A stretch of DNA of 64,000 bases from NCBI GenBank assembly GCA_964016885.1, contig OZ024743.1:171988001-172052000 (forward strand), given 5' to 3'. Shown in pieces: positions 27,013-39,300 of the stretch; the stretch's first letter is position 1; every line of letters begins with the position of its first letter. A model generated the notes under the pieces. That model saw nothing but the letters and a program-made list of their open reading frames with translations. It ran no database searches and was not told the origin of the DNA. The position numbers and the translations under genes were made by a program. This stretch comes from Eledone cirrhosa (lineage: Eukaryota).

Positions 27013-30000
27013 TTACAGTTGCATTTATCTTGCTTTATGTTCATACGAGTTATCACCAAGTCACAACCAGTGACCTCAAGAGACAACAAGGTCCGCCATG
27101 TTCAAGAAAGAACATACATACACACACATGCATCTTTAGGTGTTTAGTCTTGCGATGTACTTATATTAACAGAATCTTCCTTAGTATATGGGCAGTTCCC
27201 ATTAGTACGATCTTTTGTATTTCTCCTATACGCGGGTTTCCTGGGATTTGCGATAATTAATCATTAGGCCCCTTAGGTATCATTCCTAGAGCGCCTACAA
27301 CCACTGGTATTGTTTTAGTTCTCAATTTCCACATTTTTCCAATTTCTATCTCCAGATCCTTATACTTGCTCAATTTTTCAAATGTTTTTATAGATACATT
27401 CTTGTCTATTGGAACAGACATATCAATTAGCAGGCATACCCTCTTTTTAAAGTCCTTCAGTATTATATCAGGTCTATTTGCATCTATTTTTAGGTCTGTT
27501 TGGATGTTCCACAAGATTGAGATGTGATCTTTTTTAAGTATGGGAGGTGGTTGATGCTCCCAGTAATTCTTTTGGTCAAAATGCTTACATATACATATTA
27601 TCCAATGTATGTATTGTGCAGCTCTGTCATGCCTGTTTAGGTATTCGGCTGGAGCTATAGGACTGCACATTGAAATTATATTATCAATGGTCTCTGGTTG
27701 TTTTTTACATACACGGCACAATGGCTTGCATCCATTTTTTATTATGTTGGCTTGGTAATTTTTAGTTGGCAGACACTGATCTTGTGCTGATATAATCAGT
27801 CCTTCAGTCTCCGATTTTCAGTCCAGAAGATGCCAACCACTGATGGGTTAAAGTTTTGTCAACATCAGGATTGTTAGCTCTTTCTGGGTATTTTCCACAC
27901 AGAGGCTTTTCTTGCCCTTTCTTAGCTAGTTTCTGTAGGAGTTCTTTCTTTGCGGTTACTTTTACCTGCTTTGCTTTTTCTGTGTTTTCCATTTCAGCAG
28001 TAAATGGGATTTCTGAAATGTGTAGTCTTTGTGCATCTTTTGATACTTTCGTGTTTCAAAACGAGTTTGATCATCCAATCATGTGATTCCCTTAGATATG
28101 TAGATAATCCAATTGTTGCAGTTTTCAACGCAATATCTAACTGGATTAACCCACGTCCTCTCTCTTTCCTAGGGAGATATATTCTATCTGTATCTGCCTT
28201 AGGGTGATGCAATCTGTGCATGGTTAAGAATTTTCGAATTTTTGTATCGAGCCTACGGATCTCTGTGCTTGACCAGTTGATGACATTGTAACTGTAGGTC
28301 ACTACTGGTATGGCAAGCGTGTTTATGGCATCGAGCCTATTCCTTGCATTCAATTCCGTTCTTAAGATTGCTCTTACTCTTCGGTAACATTCCTTCCTTA
28401 TCCTTTCCCTCATTGTCGAGTGCTTGATACCGTCTCCTTCACAAACACCTAGATATTTGTAAGTTTCCTCTTGATCAAGTTCTCTTATCACATTCCCCCG
28501 ATCAAGATTAATGTCTGACCTTTTCAGCAGCTTACCTCTGGTGAACGTTGCTTTGGAGCATTTATCTAGTCCAAACTCCATTTTAATGTCATCACTGAAC
28601 TGCTCTACAGTGGATAATAGCCCTTGCAATTGTTCATCATTTTTTTTAAATAGTTTCAGGTCATCCATGTAGAACAAGTGATTAATGGTTTCGTCATAGA
28701 CTTTATATCCATGTTTTGTTTCATTGAGCATTTTACTTAATGATATAAGTGCGATGCAGAATAAAAGCGGTGATAAAGAGTCACCCTGAAAAATTCCACA
28801 ATTCCAGTGCTTCCTTTTCACTATTCAAAAGGAGTGTCGCTTTCCATGTCTTCATACTGAATGACAAAAACCTCCTGACAACGGGAGATATTTTGAAAAC
28901 CTCTAAACATTTTTCAATCCAACTGTGTGGCAAACTATCGAATGCTTTTTTATAATCTATACAAGCAATTGCTAGGTTTTTGTGTCTATTATGACAATCT
29001 TCCAGTATCATTTTGTTAACCAAAAGCTGATCCTTACAGCCATATGAGCCTCGTTTATACCCTTTCTGCTCATTGGGAAATAGGTCATTTGTTATCAGGT
29101 GGTCATATGTATATTCAGTTAGAACTGATGTTAAAATTTTATACATTGTGGTGAAGCAAGTTATCGGTCTGTAATTTTTGGTATTGTTTGTCTCATCATT
29201 CTTCGGAAGCAGGAATGTAATGCCGTTAACTAGCCATGATGGTATCTTTTCTGGCTCCTTAACTATTTCATTGTAAAGAGTGGGCTTATGAGACTCTGTG
29301 AAGGCATTTATCCAAAAGTTTTGTATTTTGTCTCTTCCTGGGGATTTCCATTTGCTGGTTTTTCTTAGAGCCAAGCGCAACTGTTCAACTGTTATATTTT
29401 CCCATATTTGTTCCTCAAGGTGAGCTGTATCTTTCATTTGTCTGTCTATCCATGGGGCATGTATGTTATGAACTTTTTCTTCGGCCCAGATCTTTTCCCA
29501 GAATTCTTGCACTTCCTCCTTGGGTGGTATAGATTTAGCAGTTATTGTTGACTTGCCAATTTTTCTGTAGAAGTTTCTTTGGTTGTTTTTGAACATATTA
29601 TTGTCCTTATAGAATCTAGATCGTTTTTCAAAGCGCCTTATACGAGCAGCTTTGGCCGATACTTTTTGCTTGATTTTTTCAATCAGCATGTCTATGTCAC
29701 TTGTTGATTTTATACTGTATTTTCTTTTCAATTTTCTAAGTTTAGTTTGTTTACTTTGTAGTTTGTTAAAATTTCTATGTCAGATAGGAGAAGGTTTATT
29801 TGGCGATTGATGTTCTCTTGCCAAGTAGATTTCTTGTAGGAATTCCTTTGTTTTTTCATTTTAACTTCACATAAGTGAGTGGTGACTGTAGCCGATGCAT
29901 AATAAAGATGATTTAAATCAGTAATGTTTAGTTTGTTTGTGATGATAATGTTTTTGAGAATTATGTTAGTCTTATGTATTATCTTTTGGTTCTGTTTGGA

Positions 30001-30352
30001 GTTCTGGATCTTAGGGAGGGTGTCTCGTTCCCTCATGTCAGTTTCTTTCATTTTCATCCATTCGATTATAATTTCATCCTTCACGTTGGCAAGTTCATTC
30101 TCATTCATTTCTTTATCATTTACGATCTCATTGTTTTCAATTTGAGTTTCATCTTGAGCATGCACTCCCTCCACTTTTTCGATCCTTTCTTTAATGTGTT
30201 CTGTTGTCAGTGGTTCCGCCCCAACCCTGGGATTCGAAGTGTTACAATTTACCTCGTTTTCACAGACACATGTTTCATTTTCGCTTCGCTGACTTTGTGC
30301 TAATAGCTTGATCTGATCAATTTCTATATCAGTTAGTAACTTTTTTTTAACA
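27013..30352 (-). mobile_element. 5'-truncated R4/Dong-like LINE, family 2
   Basis: WKSPGRD, NYRPITC, DYKKAFDS, GIFQGDSLSP, LFYMDDLK, CRVC..ETI..C..RHD, NRPDI..IDMSVP..KY..GALG. (TAA)n tail on its sense strand. Confidence 0.92.

Positions 30353-30406
<54 letters not shown>
30353..30406. repeat. (TTA)n junction microsatellite
   Basis: Visible directly; similar tracts at 36286-36321, 41375-41480 and 44583-44634. Confidence 0.97.
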
Positions 30407-30614
30407 GGCGCCCTACGTAGTAAATCGTATCATCGTGAGCTCCGCAAAGGTTTGTTATTTCCGTTTGTTAAAAATTGCCATTTATGGAAAATTTTATTGT
30501 TAACTGTTTATAAGCACACATACATTGTTTTCCGGAAAGGACACCCAAAAAGATTGGGGCCTTGTGCCTAAAATTTAAACTTTTATTATTATCAAAAAAT
30601 TTCTTTGGAAAAAA

Positions 30615-32600
30615 ATGGCTACTTCACCTCTGCACGAAGCAGCTGAAAGCCTTCCTCACAAAATAACACCTCACACCGACAGCACCATTGCAAATGTTAC
30701 TACGTTTGCCAACACAAAAAAAAATATAAGCAGTAGCAATATTTTAAATTTGTCTCAGGCAGACATTCATTTCCCGCCATTACCAATGACTGCAGGTGTT
30801 AAAGCCTACACCACCACCACCACCGCGACAACCACCACCACCACCGCGACAACAGAAACAAAAGAAGAAAAAAATAAATTAACTCGTGATGTCGAAATGA
30901 AATCAAGCAAAATGGACTCTTCCCCACCAAAGACGACTGACGTCACCACCACCACAACTGAAACTAAAATTAATATTAACGATAGCAACAACAACAACAA
31001 TGACATTATAACCCCCCCCCCCCCCCCCCTCAGTTTCGCCAGAGTAGCAAAACAATTCGAAGCATTTACAGTAACTCAGGAAGATTTAGAAAATGCCAAA
31101 CAAATGGTAAAGAAAGATGGGTACAGGGTCAGCCTCACCCCCCCACCTAATAAAATGGAGCATCGGCGCCTATGCACCGTGTCGTATAGAACAATAAATG
31201 TAAAATCGCGCCGAGTGGAACGGGCATCCGAGTCCCAAATCCAAAAAGCTTTGGGACATGTGTGGGCAAGAAAGACCCACATCAGACGTGGGCAAAAGTA
31301 TGGAACCGTGGATGTGTTCTTTGAAACACCAGAGGAGGCTAGAGAACGCTCCATGGCCCCATTAAAAAGTGACGACTTCACACTCGTCCCAAGCTATTGT
31401 GGCCAGAGACTCGTAAAGATCAGGGTGACCCACGTTCCACCGGCCATCGAAATTCCCTGGCTAATAGCCGCTGTCCTCACCGGCATCGAAGCCAACACGA
31501 AAATAATAGCAATAGCAAAAGAAAAGCAGGAAAACTGGTCCGGATCTGGGATGGAGCTCCTAATCCAAGCGGACCAAAAAAGCATTGAGATCCCAGAGGT
31601 AATAGACCTCACTGACGGCAGCCACCTCACGGTAATTGTCGAGGGCAGAAGACCTAGGTGTGTCGTTTGTGGTGAAGGAACCCACCTAAGGGCTTTCTGC
31701 CCTCAGGCTAAAAGGTTGAGGCCACCTCTCCTACCCACCCCAGTGACACAACCATCAACACCACCAGTAGCAGAGATGGCAGCAACAACTGTAGCAGCAA
31801 CAACAGAAGCAACTATAACAGCAACAACCCCAGCAACAGTAGCAAAACCAACACCACTACCACCACCAGCAAAACCAACACCACCACCACCCAACGCTTC
31901 AGAACTAGCACCAGCGCCTACACCATCCACCACACCACAACCAAAACTAACGGCTGTGGAGCATTTTCCACTCCCCGGCCTATCACAACTGGAGACAGAT
32001 TGTGACGATGAGGAGTGGGAAACGATATCCGGAAAAAAAAAAGAAACCAAAAAAGAAAAAAATTCTCTTCCTTCCCCCTCCAAAAACAAAATACAGAGGG
32101 AAACAAATAAACTAAGAAACAAAAAAGTTAGGACAGATATGCCACCATCCACACCAGCATCACCAACCCCATCAACCCAAACACCAACACCATCACCATC
32201 ATTAACTCCAACACCACCATCACCTACACCACAAAAGTCACCAAAATGCGAAACAGAAACAAACCCACAACAAACGCAAACAAAACAAAACAACCAAAAC
32301 GATACACACTACACAGCATTAAATTTGAACAACAAGCAATTATTACACTACATCCAACACAACACCAGCATCACAGAAAAAGACTACACAACAACCCCAA
32401 AATTCACACCACCTCCACACATACAAATCACTCGCATCACACAGAAAACGTACATGACACTAAAACAAAAATTCCCCAAAGACATCGGAGACTTCCGACA
32501 AGCACTCTCCAGGAGGATTTATAAGGACATCCTTCCTGAGGAGGCCACAAGCAGTGAAAAGGATGGAAAAACCGTCCTTCCCCTACGAGAAGTAAGGTAA
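30615..32600 (+). CDS. LINE ORF1 (gag-like nucleic-acid chaperone, 661 aa) with a CCHC zinc knuckle
   Basis: Open 661-aa ORF; CVVCGEGTHLRAFC = CX2CX4HX4C; Pro/Thr-rich low-complexity segments; lies just upstream of the APE-RT ORF. Confidence 0.88.
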   Translation: MATSPLHEAAESLPHKITPHTDSTIANVTTFANTKKNISSSNILNLSQADIHFPPLPMTAGVKAYTTTTTATTTTTTATTETKEEKNKLTRDVEMKSSKMDSSPPKTTDVTTTTTETKININDSNNNNNDIITPPPPPLSFARVAKQFEAFTVTQEDLENAKQMVKKDGYRVSLTPPPNKMEHRRLCTVSYRTINVKSRRVERASESQIQKALGHVWARKTHIRRGQKYGTVDVFFETPEEARERSMAPLKSDDFTLVPSYCGQRLVKIRVTHVPPAIEIPWLIAAVLTGIEANTKIIAIAKEKQENWSGSGMELLIQADQKSIEIPEVIDLTDGSHLTVIVEGRRPRCVVCGEGTHLRAFCPQAKRLRPPLLPTPVTQPSTPPVAEMAATTVAATTEATITATTPATVAKPTPLPPPAKPTPPPPNASELAPAPTPSTTPQPKLTAVEHFPLPGLSQLETDCDDEEWETISGKKKETKKEKNSLPSPSKNKIQRETNKLRNKKVRTDMPPSTPASPTPSTQTPTPSPSLTPTPPSPTPQKSPKCETETNPQQTQTKQNNQNDTHYTALNLNNKQLLHYIQHNTSITEKDYTTTPKFTPPPHIQITRITQKTYMTLKQKFPKDIGDFRQALSRRIYKDILPEEATSSEKDGKTVLPLREVR

Positions 32601-32634
32601 GTGGTCTTTCCCATCTTTTCCACTCCTTTTCAAC

Positions 32635-35600
32635 ATGACCTCACTCAGAATAGGCAGCATAAATGCGCATGGCTTGGGGTCGTCATGGAAGCAGGGCCAC
32701 CTGCTCAACGACCTCAGGTCACTAAATATAGATGTAGTGGCCATCAGCGAGACCAGAATCTCCGAAGCACAGGCTTTCGCACCGATCTTCGGCGGCTACG
32801 ATGTGTACGCATCTCCCAGCCGTCCGGGATCGGGGGGAGGAGTTGCTGTGCTTTTTCGGAGAGGTTTGGATATCGCCATACGGGCCATCTTCCTGGACCC
32901 AGAAGGTAAGTTGGTGGTGCTGGACGTGAACAGCGGAGAAGGGCAAGCTTTCAGGTTAGTGGCCGTCTATGCCCCGACAGGAGCAGGGCGGCCTGATTTC
33001 TTCCGGCGTCTGGAGACCTTTCTTGGAACGTCCCGCTCTTTAGTGTTAGTGGGCGACTGGAACGGGATCTTAGATGCACGCTGGGATTGTGTGGGATTAG
33101 TGGATAGGGAAGGAGGGTGCAAGAGTCTCACCAACCTGCTCAGACGTTTTGAACTGTCTGACAGGTACCGAATGGATATCCCGAATGTACCAATGTGGAC
33201 TTGGACAAATCGCATAGGGTCATCCAGATCATATCTAGATAGAATATTTTGTAGGGAAATAGATAGGTCTAGCATAGGCTGTCCACAATTCAAGATAGTT
33301 AGCTACACGCACCACAAATTCGTGATCTGTGTGCTTGACTTAGATAGGCTTCACAGGCGAGGACCCGGCTACTGGAAGCTAAACGCGTCCTTACCAGCGC
33401 GCAAGGCCTACAGAGACTGGATTAGCGAACTAGTTAAGCGGGCGTTGACGGGGGCCATCGTCAACAACAAGTGGTGGTTTGCTCTGAAAAGAGCAATTAG
33501 AATAGAGTCCATTAGGTTTAGTAAGACTTTAGCAATAGAGAAAAATAGAGCAGAGGGAGAACTAGTTAGAAAATTAGATGAGGCACTTATCAAAGGCATC
33601 GCGACCGACGTACTTGCGGCGTAATTGGCCCTTGACCAATTCTTCAATGCAAAGCACGAAGGCTGCGTTGTCAGAGCTAGGGTGCGTGCTCTCAGACACG
33701 AGGGGACGAAAGCCGTTCAATGGGCCCGAGTGGCGGAGGCGCGTCGTGGCAACAAAGCCACGATCCGGTCTTTGGTGGACCACGACGGGCGCATGCTACT
33801 CGATCCCGGGCAAATGTGTGAAGCTTTTCAGCGACACTTCGCTCAACTGTTCGGGGGCAGTGGCGGGCCGGATCGAGGGATGGACTTTAGTGTCTACCTC
33901 GACGGACTGCCGCGGCTTTCGGCCACTGAGGCGGAGTGTTGCGAAAAGCCGATAACAAGCGCTGAAGCACGGGATGCAACGACTAGTTGCACAAGGGGTA
34001 AATCGCCTGGTTTGGATGGTCTGCCCTATGAACTTTACGTACAAATGCCAAACTTGTTCGGAGGCCTCTTGGCGGACGTCTACTGCAATTGGCAACAGAA
34101 CGGGAGAATTCCCAGCTCTGTGAGCCGAGGAGCAGTGGCGCTGCTGAGAAAGGATCCGAACAAGGGGGATAACATAGATAATTTTAGGCCCATAACTCTG
34201 CTAAACACAGAGTTCAAGATTTTGGCCAAGGTGCTAGCAAAGAGGTTGGCGCTTGTCGTTGGTGGTCTGGTGGGAGAGGCACAGACATGCGCCATTCCCG
34301 ACAGATCCATCCACGGCAACCTCCACCTCATGCGATACATCGTAGAGAGGGTAGCTAGGGAACCTGGCAAGGGTGGGTCTTTGATCAATTTAGATCAGTC
34401 GAAAGCCTTCGATAGGGTCGACCATCGTTACCTAGCGGCAGTCCTGAGGGCGGCTGGATTTGGGCCCGTCTTCAGAGGCTGGATCGCTGCCATGCACAGC
34501 GACATCTGCTCTGTAGTGAGAGTGAACGGTCACCTTTCGGAACCGTTCAACATCATGCGCTCGGTCCGCCAAGGATGTCCCCTCTCGTCCCTCTTGTACG
34601 TATTGACTCTCGAGTCATTACTGCACAAACTGGAGACGTTGAGGGGGGTCCCGCGCGAACTAGGATGCGGAAGATCCGTGTCAGCATATGCCGACGATGT
34701 CACCGTAGTGGTGTCGAACGCCAAACACATCGAGGCGATCGGCACTACACTAAGAGAATACGAAGCGGTGACAGGAGCAATGATCAACCAGGAAAAGTCA
34801 GTGGGCCTGCAGCTCGGCACCTGGAGAGGCAGGTCCATGCCGTCCAACAGCGTCGTCGGGCGCTGGACGGACGGACCGGTTAAATTGCTAGGGGTCTGGT
34901 TCGGTCCAGACCTCCAGACGGACAAAAACTGGGACGAGGTGACCAGCAGGGTGGCTTCTCTCACCCAGAAATGGGCCGAGAGGAAGTTATCCCTGAAAGG
35001 TCGAGCGGAGGTGGCGAATGCGTACATCGCATCCGTCATCTACTACCGCCTGACCGTCGTACCTTGTCCTAAGCCCCGCCTGACTACGCTGGAGCGTTTG
35101 CTCTTTCGCTTCTTGTGGAAGGGACGCGCTCCGATGGTCAGGCGGTCCATCTGCTGTCAACACCCGCTACGTGGAGGGCTGGGCATGCCGTGGCTGATGA
35201 TGCGCAGACACGCGCTCAGGCTACGACATCTCCACCTCTTCCTCGACGGTGATCAGGTGTGGTCGCCGTTTGCAAGACACGTATTTCCCCAGCTCGTCTC
35301 CTTGACGGAGCTGCAGTCCTGGGTCAAGCGAAGACCGAGAGGGAGCGCTTGGAGACTGGAATGTCTTCAGGCGCTCACAGCCCTCGACCAATCGGGCAAT
35401 GTGATCGGTGGATACTCCACCTTGGCGTTCTATAGGGGATTAGTGGAGGGGAAGAGCGACGACGTACTTGGAGAAACTCTAGGCGTCGACGAAAATCAAC
35501 TAGCCAATCTCTTCGGAAGGACTTTCGGGCCGAGGCCTATGGACAACTTCCAGAAATCCCTGGCCTGGCAGTGCTACCGAGGAGCTTTGCCAGTTCGGGA

Positions 35601-36041
35601 TAAACTCAACAGGCATGGAGGTGCCGTCAGCCGGGCATGTCCGAGATGCGCGCAGGGCGACGAAACCGTCCTGCACGCACTCGTCCAGTGTCCGAGCATT
35701 GCTGACTTGTGGGTTTATGTCGAACACCTGCTGTCACGTGTAGGACGGATCCAGCTATCAGCTGAGTCCATCGTGAGGATTGCCCCGCCCCCTTCCTTTA
35801 GCCTGGAAGGGCAGGCAGTTTTTATCTGGCTAAAGAGATAGTATGGTGGACACGTTTGAAAGGACTGAAGACGAGCACTTACCTCTTCGGTGATGCCCTG
35901 ATTAACTTTTTCAAATTTCATTTGAAAAGGAAAATCAGGGTAGAGAGGGAAGTGCTCTCTTCCCAGCATTTTGTTGAAAGATGGGTGAGAGAAGCAAGTA
36001 TGGCCCGAATGAATGGGCCTTCTCTGAGTATGTGTCTGTAA
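32635..36041 (+). pseudogene. LINE ORF2 (APE endonuclease + RT + C-terminal Cys/His motif) with one stop (33622-33624) and a frameshift near 35830
   Basis: SINAHGL, AISET, VYAP, GDWN, SYLDRIF (APE); KSPGLDG, FRPITLLN, LDQSKAFDRV, VRQGCPLS, YADD (RT); CPRC..ETVLHALVQC. Confidence 0.93.
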
Positions 36042-36284
36042 ATTAAAGGTGGAAAACTGGGAGAGGGCACTTGCCCTGGTGGTCAGGGCCACTGTGGTCT
36101 TTTAATGGGCTTTCTCCACAAATGTCCCTTGGAAGTCTCCCCCCTATTGGGGAATTTCTCTTTGTTATTTTATTTCAACCTCTGTTTTTTTTACACGCAA
36201 AAATGCCCATTTGTACCGTCCTGTATTGTCCTGTACTGTCCTTAATGTCTACTTTATGTGAACCCTTGTGGTTAATAAAGAAAA

Positions 36285-36321
<37 letters not shown>

Positions 36322-36326
36322 GTTGT

Positions 36327-39300
36327 TCTTTGTGTCTCAGTCATTGATGTTAGTTAACTGTAAAGTTTGTTGAAATGAATATCAAGCCACTACCTGCAGC
36401 CTAAGATATTCAGGATGTATCGGAGGGTTGTTGCTATTCCCAGCAAGCATGCCTTTTGAAGCCTTCCTAAAAGCCGGGCGGGGCCAATTTTCTTTAACCA
36501 TCCCTGGAAACTTTTTGAGATAGTACCTAGTGCGCCTATGACAATCGGGACCACTTTGACTTGATGGCAGTTCCAAATCCTTTTTACCTCCCACTTTAAG
36601 TCCTGGTATCGGTTAATTTTCTTCCTCTCCTTCTCTTGCACTCTCGTGTCGAATGGGCAGGCCACATCCACAATCAGGCACGATTTTTTTCTTTGTCCAA
36701 AACCACCAGATCAGGTCTATTGTCCGTCAGTATCCTAAAATCCCACATCACCTTCACCTGATCGTTTTCTATCACCGACTCTGTCTAATGCTTATACCAC
36801 TTCTCAGAATTTGGTAAATTGTTTACTTTGCATAGGTGCCAGTGGATCACCCTGCCCATCACATCGTGTCTCCAGCCCTTATAGTGAGTCTGGGCTAGGT
36901 GTTTACACTCGGATACAATGTGAGCCACAGTCTCCTCTCTCTCTCCACAGATCCTGCACAGTGGGCTAGCCTCCTCCTTGTAAATATGGTGTTTCAACCA
37001 CTTCGTTTTGAGGGCCTGCTCTTGCGCAGCCATTAGCATGCCTTCTGTAGCCTTTTTAAGGTCTCCTCTTTTCAACCAGTTCCATGTCTGTGGATCTCTG
37101 AATTCAGTTTTCTCAAAGAAGGTACTATGAAGGGATTTTTCATGAAGGCTGCTCTTTCTCCTTGTTGTTATTTCCTCCTTGGACATCCCCTGGTCTATTG
37201 TCTTCTCTCTCCTTTAGTACAATATTGAGCATTGGCTCCTTACTATCAGTCACGTATTTGTGTAGGTTGTTTTTCTCCATCTGAACACAGTCCTCTATGC
37301 TGATAAGACCTCTTCCACCTTCAGATCTCCTTAAGTAGAGTCTATCGACATCACTCCTCTTGTGGAACATGTTGTAGATAGTCAATAGCTTCCTAGTCTT
37401 CCTATCCATTTCTTTTTGTTCAGCAACATTCCATCTCAGAATTCCCGCACTGTACCTAATAATAGACACAGCTCGGGAATTTACTGCACTTATGGCATTT
37501 CTGCTGTTCAGATGTGACTTCAATACGCTCCTTACTCTCCGAATGTATTCAGATCTTATCAATTCCTTCATTTTTTTGTTCTTGATGTCATCAGCCGCTA
37601 GAACACCCAAATACTTGTTTCCTTCTTTAGTGTCAATTTCCTTTATCATCTCACCTGTTGGTACCTGGATTCCGTTGCTTCTGCTCAATTTACCCCACTT
37701 CATCACAAGGACTCCACACTTACTAATACCAAATTGCATACATATATCATTGCTGAAAATACGGACAGTGTCAACAAGCACATCCAACTCCTTCTCACTC
37801 TTCCCGAAGAGCTTACGATCGTCCATGAAGAGGAGGAGATTGATAGTAAGCTCTCCCTTTCCCAACTTGTATCCTGCTCTCACTTTTCGCAGTATAATGG
37901 TCAGGGGCATCAGGGCAAGGACAAACAACAGAGGGGACAGACTATCTCCCTGGAAGATACCTCTCTTGATCTTCACGCCTCCCAAGGATTGTCCTGCTGA
38001 TGTTAACTCTGTTTCCCAGGACTTCATACTTTTGCCCAACAACTGTCTGATGTTATCTGCCACCTTGAAGATCTCTAGGCTTTTGGTGATCCAAGTATGA
38101 GGCACCATGTCAAATGCCTTTTTGTATTCTATCCATCCCATGGCAAGACCAGTGTGTCTCCTCTTGCAATTCCTCATTACCATCTTATCAATAAGTAACT
38201 GGTCCTTTGTACCACGGGACTTCTTTCGGCATCCTTTCTGTTCGTCCGGTAACAAGTTGTTTGTGTGGAGGTGATGGTAGATTTCCTCAGACATAATGCT
38301 TGTCAACAGTTTCCACATTACGGACAGACATTTGATAGGTCTATAGTTGGTAACATCATTACCCTTCATTCGGTCCTTCATTACCAGAACTGTGGTACCT
38401 TTTGTCAACCACTCTGGTACCTCACCTGACATCAAACAGTCATTGAACATGGTTGTCAGTTTCGGGTGGAGGGATGTTATATTTTTAATCCAATACCCCT
38501 GCACACCATCTGGGCCTGGTGATTTCCAGTTGGTTAGTTTTTTGGCCTGCCCCTTAAGAGTTTCAACTGTGATACTCAAGTCAGTTTGCTGGTGTGCCTG
38601 TTCACTAATCTCCTCCTGTACTGTCTCAATCCGCACTGCCTGGTCATTATGTTTAACATCCTGCTCCCATATTCCTGTGTTGAACGCACATGGTTTCTCA
38701 GCGCCTAGCCAGTCCTATACTCGTGCCGCTAGAAATAACAGCCGTTTTTATGGGACTGAAATTTAGCTCAACAACATCCTGCTCCCATATTCCTCTCCAG
38801 AATGTTTTAGTTTCTTCCGCCTCAGGGATCAAGTCGTTGCCTCTTTCTTTCCCCTCTAGCTGTCCAAACAACATCTTCTGGTTGTTGTCAAACATGCGGT
38901 TCTGTCTATACTGACTGATTCTGCTCTTGTATCGCCTAATTTTTGCACTCTTTGCTACAATGCGTTGCTTCAGTTCCTCTGTGATAATATTTAGCTTTTT
39001 CCTCCTAGTTTTGTACTTTATTCCCAGTCTATTTTTAGTGTCTATGTTTTTTAGTGTCCCATTCTGTAGGGACTCAAGCTTTCCAATGTCATTTCTCATT
39101 TCCCTGATTTGACCACTCAGTCGTTTCTTCCACCAAGGCTCTGATCTTTCTTGTTTGTTGTTTCCTCTCGCTTTTATGTCAAGTAATTTTCTCACCGCAT
39201 TTGCTGTTGCTTTGAGGATATTGTTGCACTGGTGAAGGCTCCTCGCCTCAAGGTATGGGATGACTTTGTTTACCTTAGCTGTTGTTTCTTTTACCTTTTT

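Larger units (their letters stand above)
30407..36285 (+). mobile_element. Apparently full-length Tx1-like LINE, copy B, flanked by (TTA)n on both sides
   Basis: 5' UTR, intact ORF1, nearly intact ORF2, 3' UTR with AATAAA at 36274, then (TTA)n. Confidence 0.93.
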
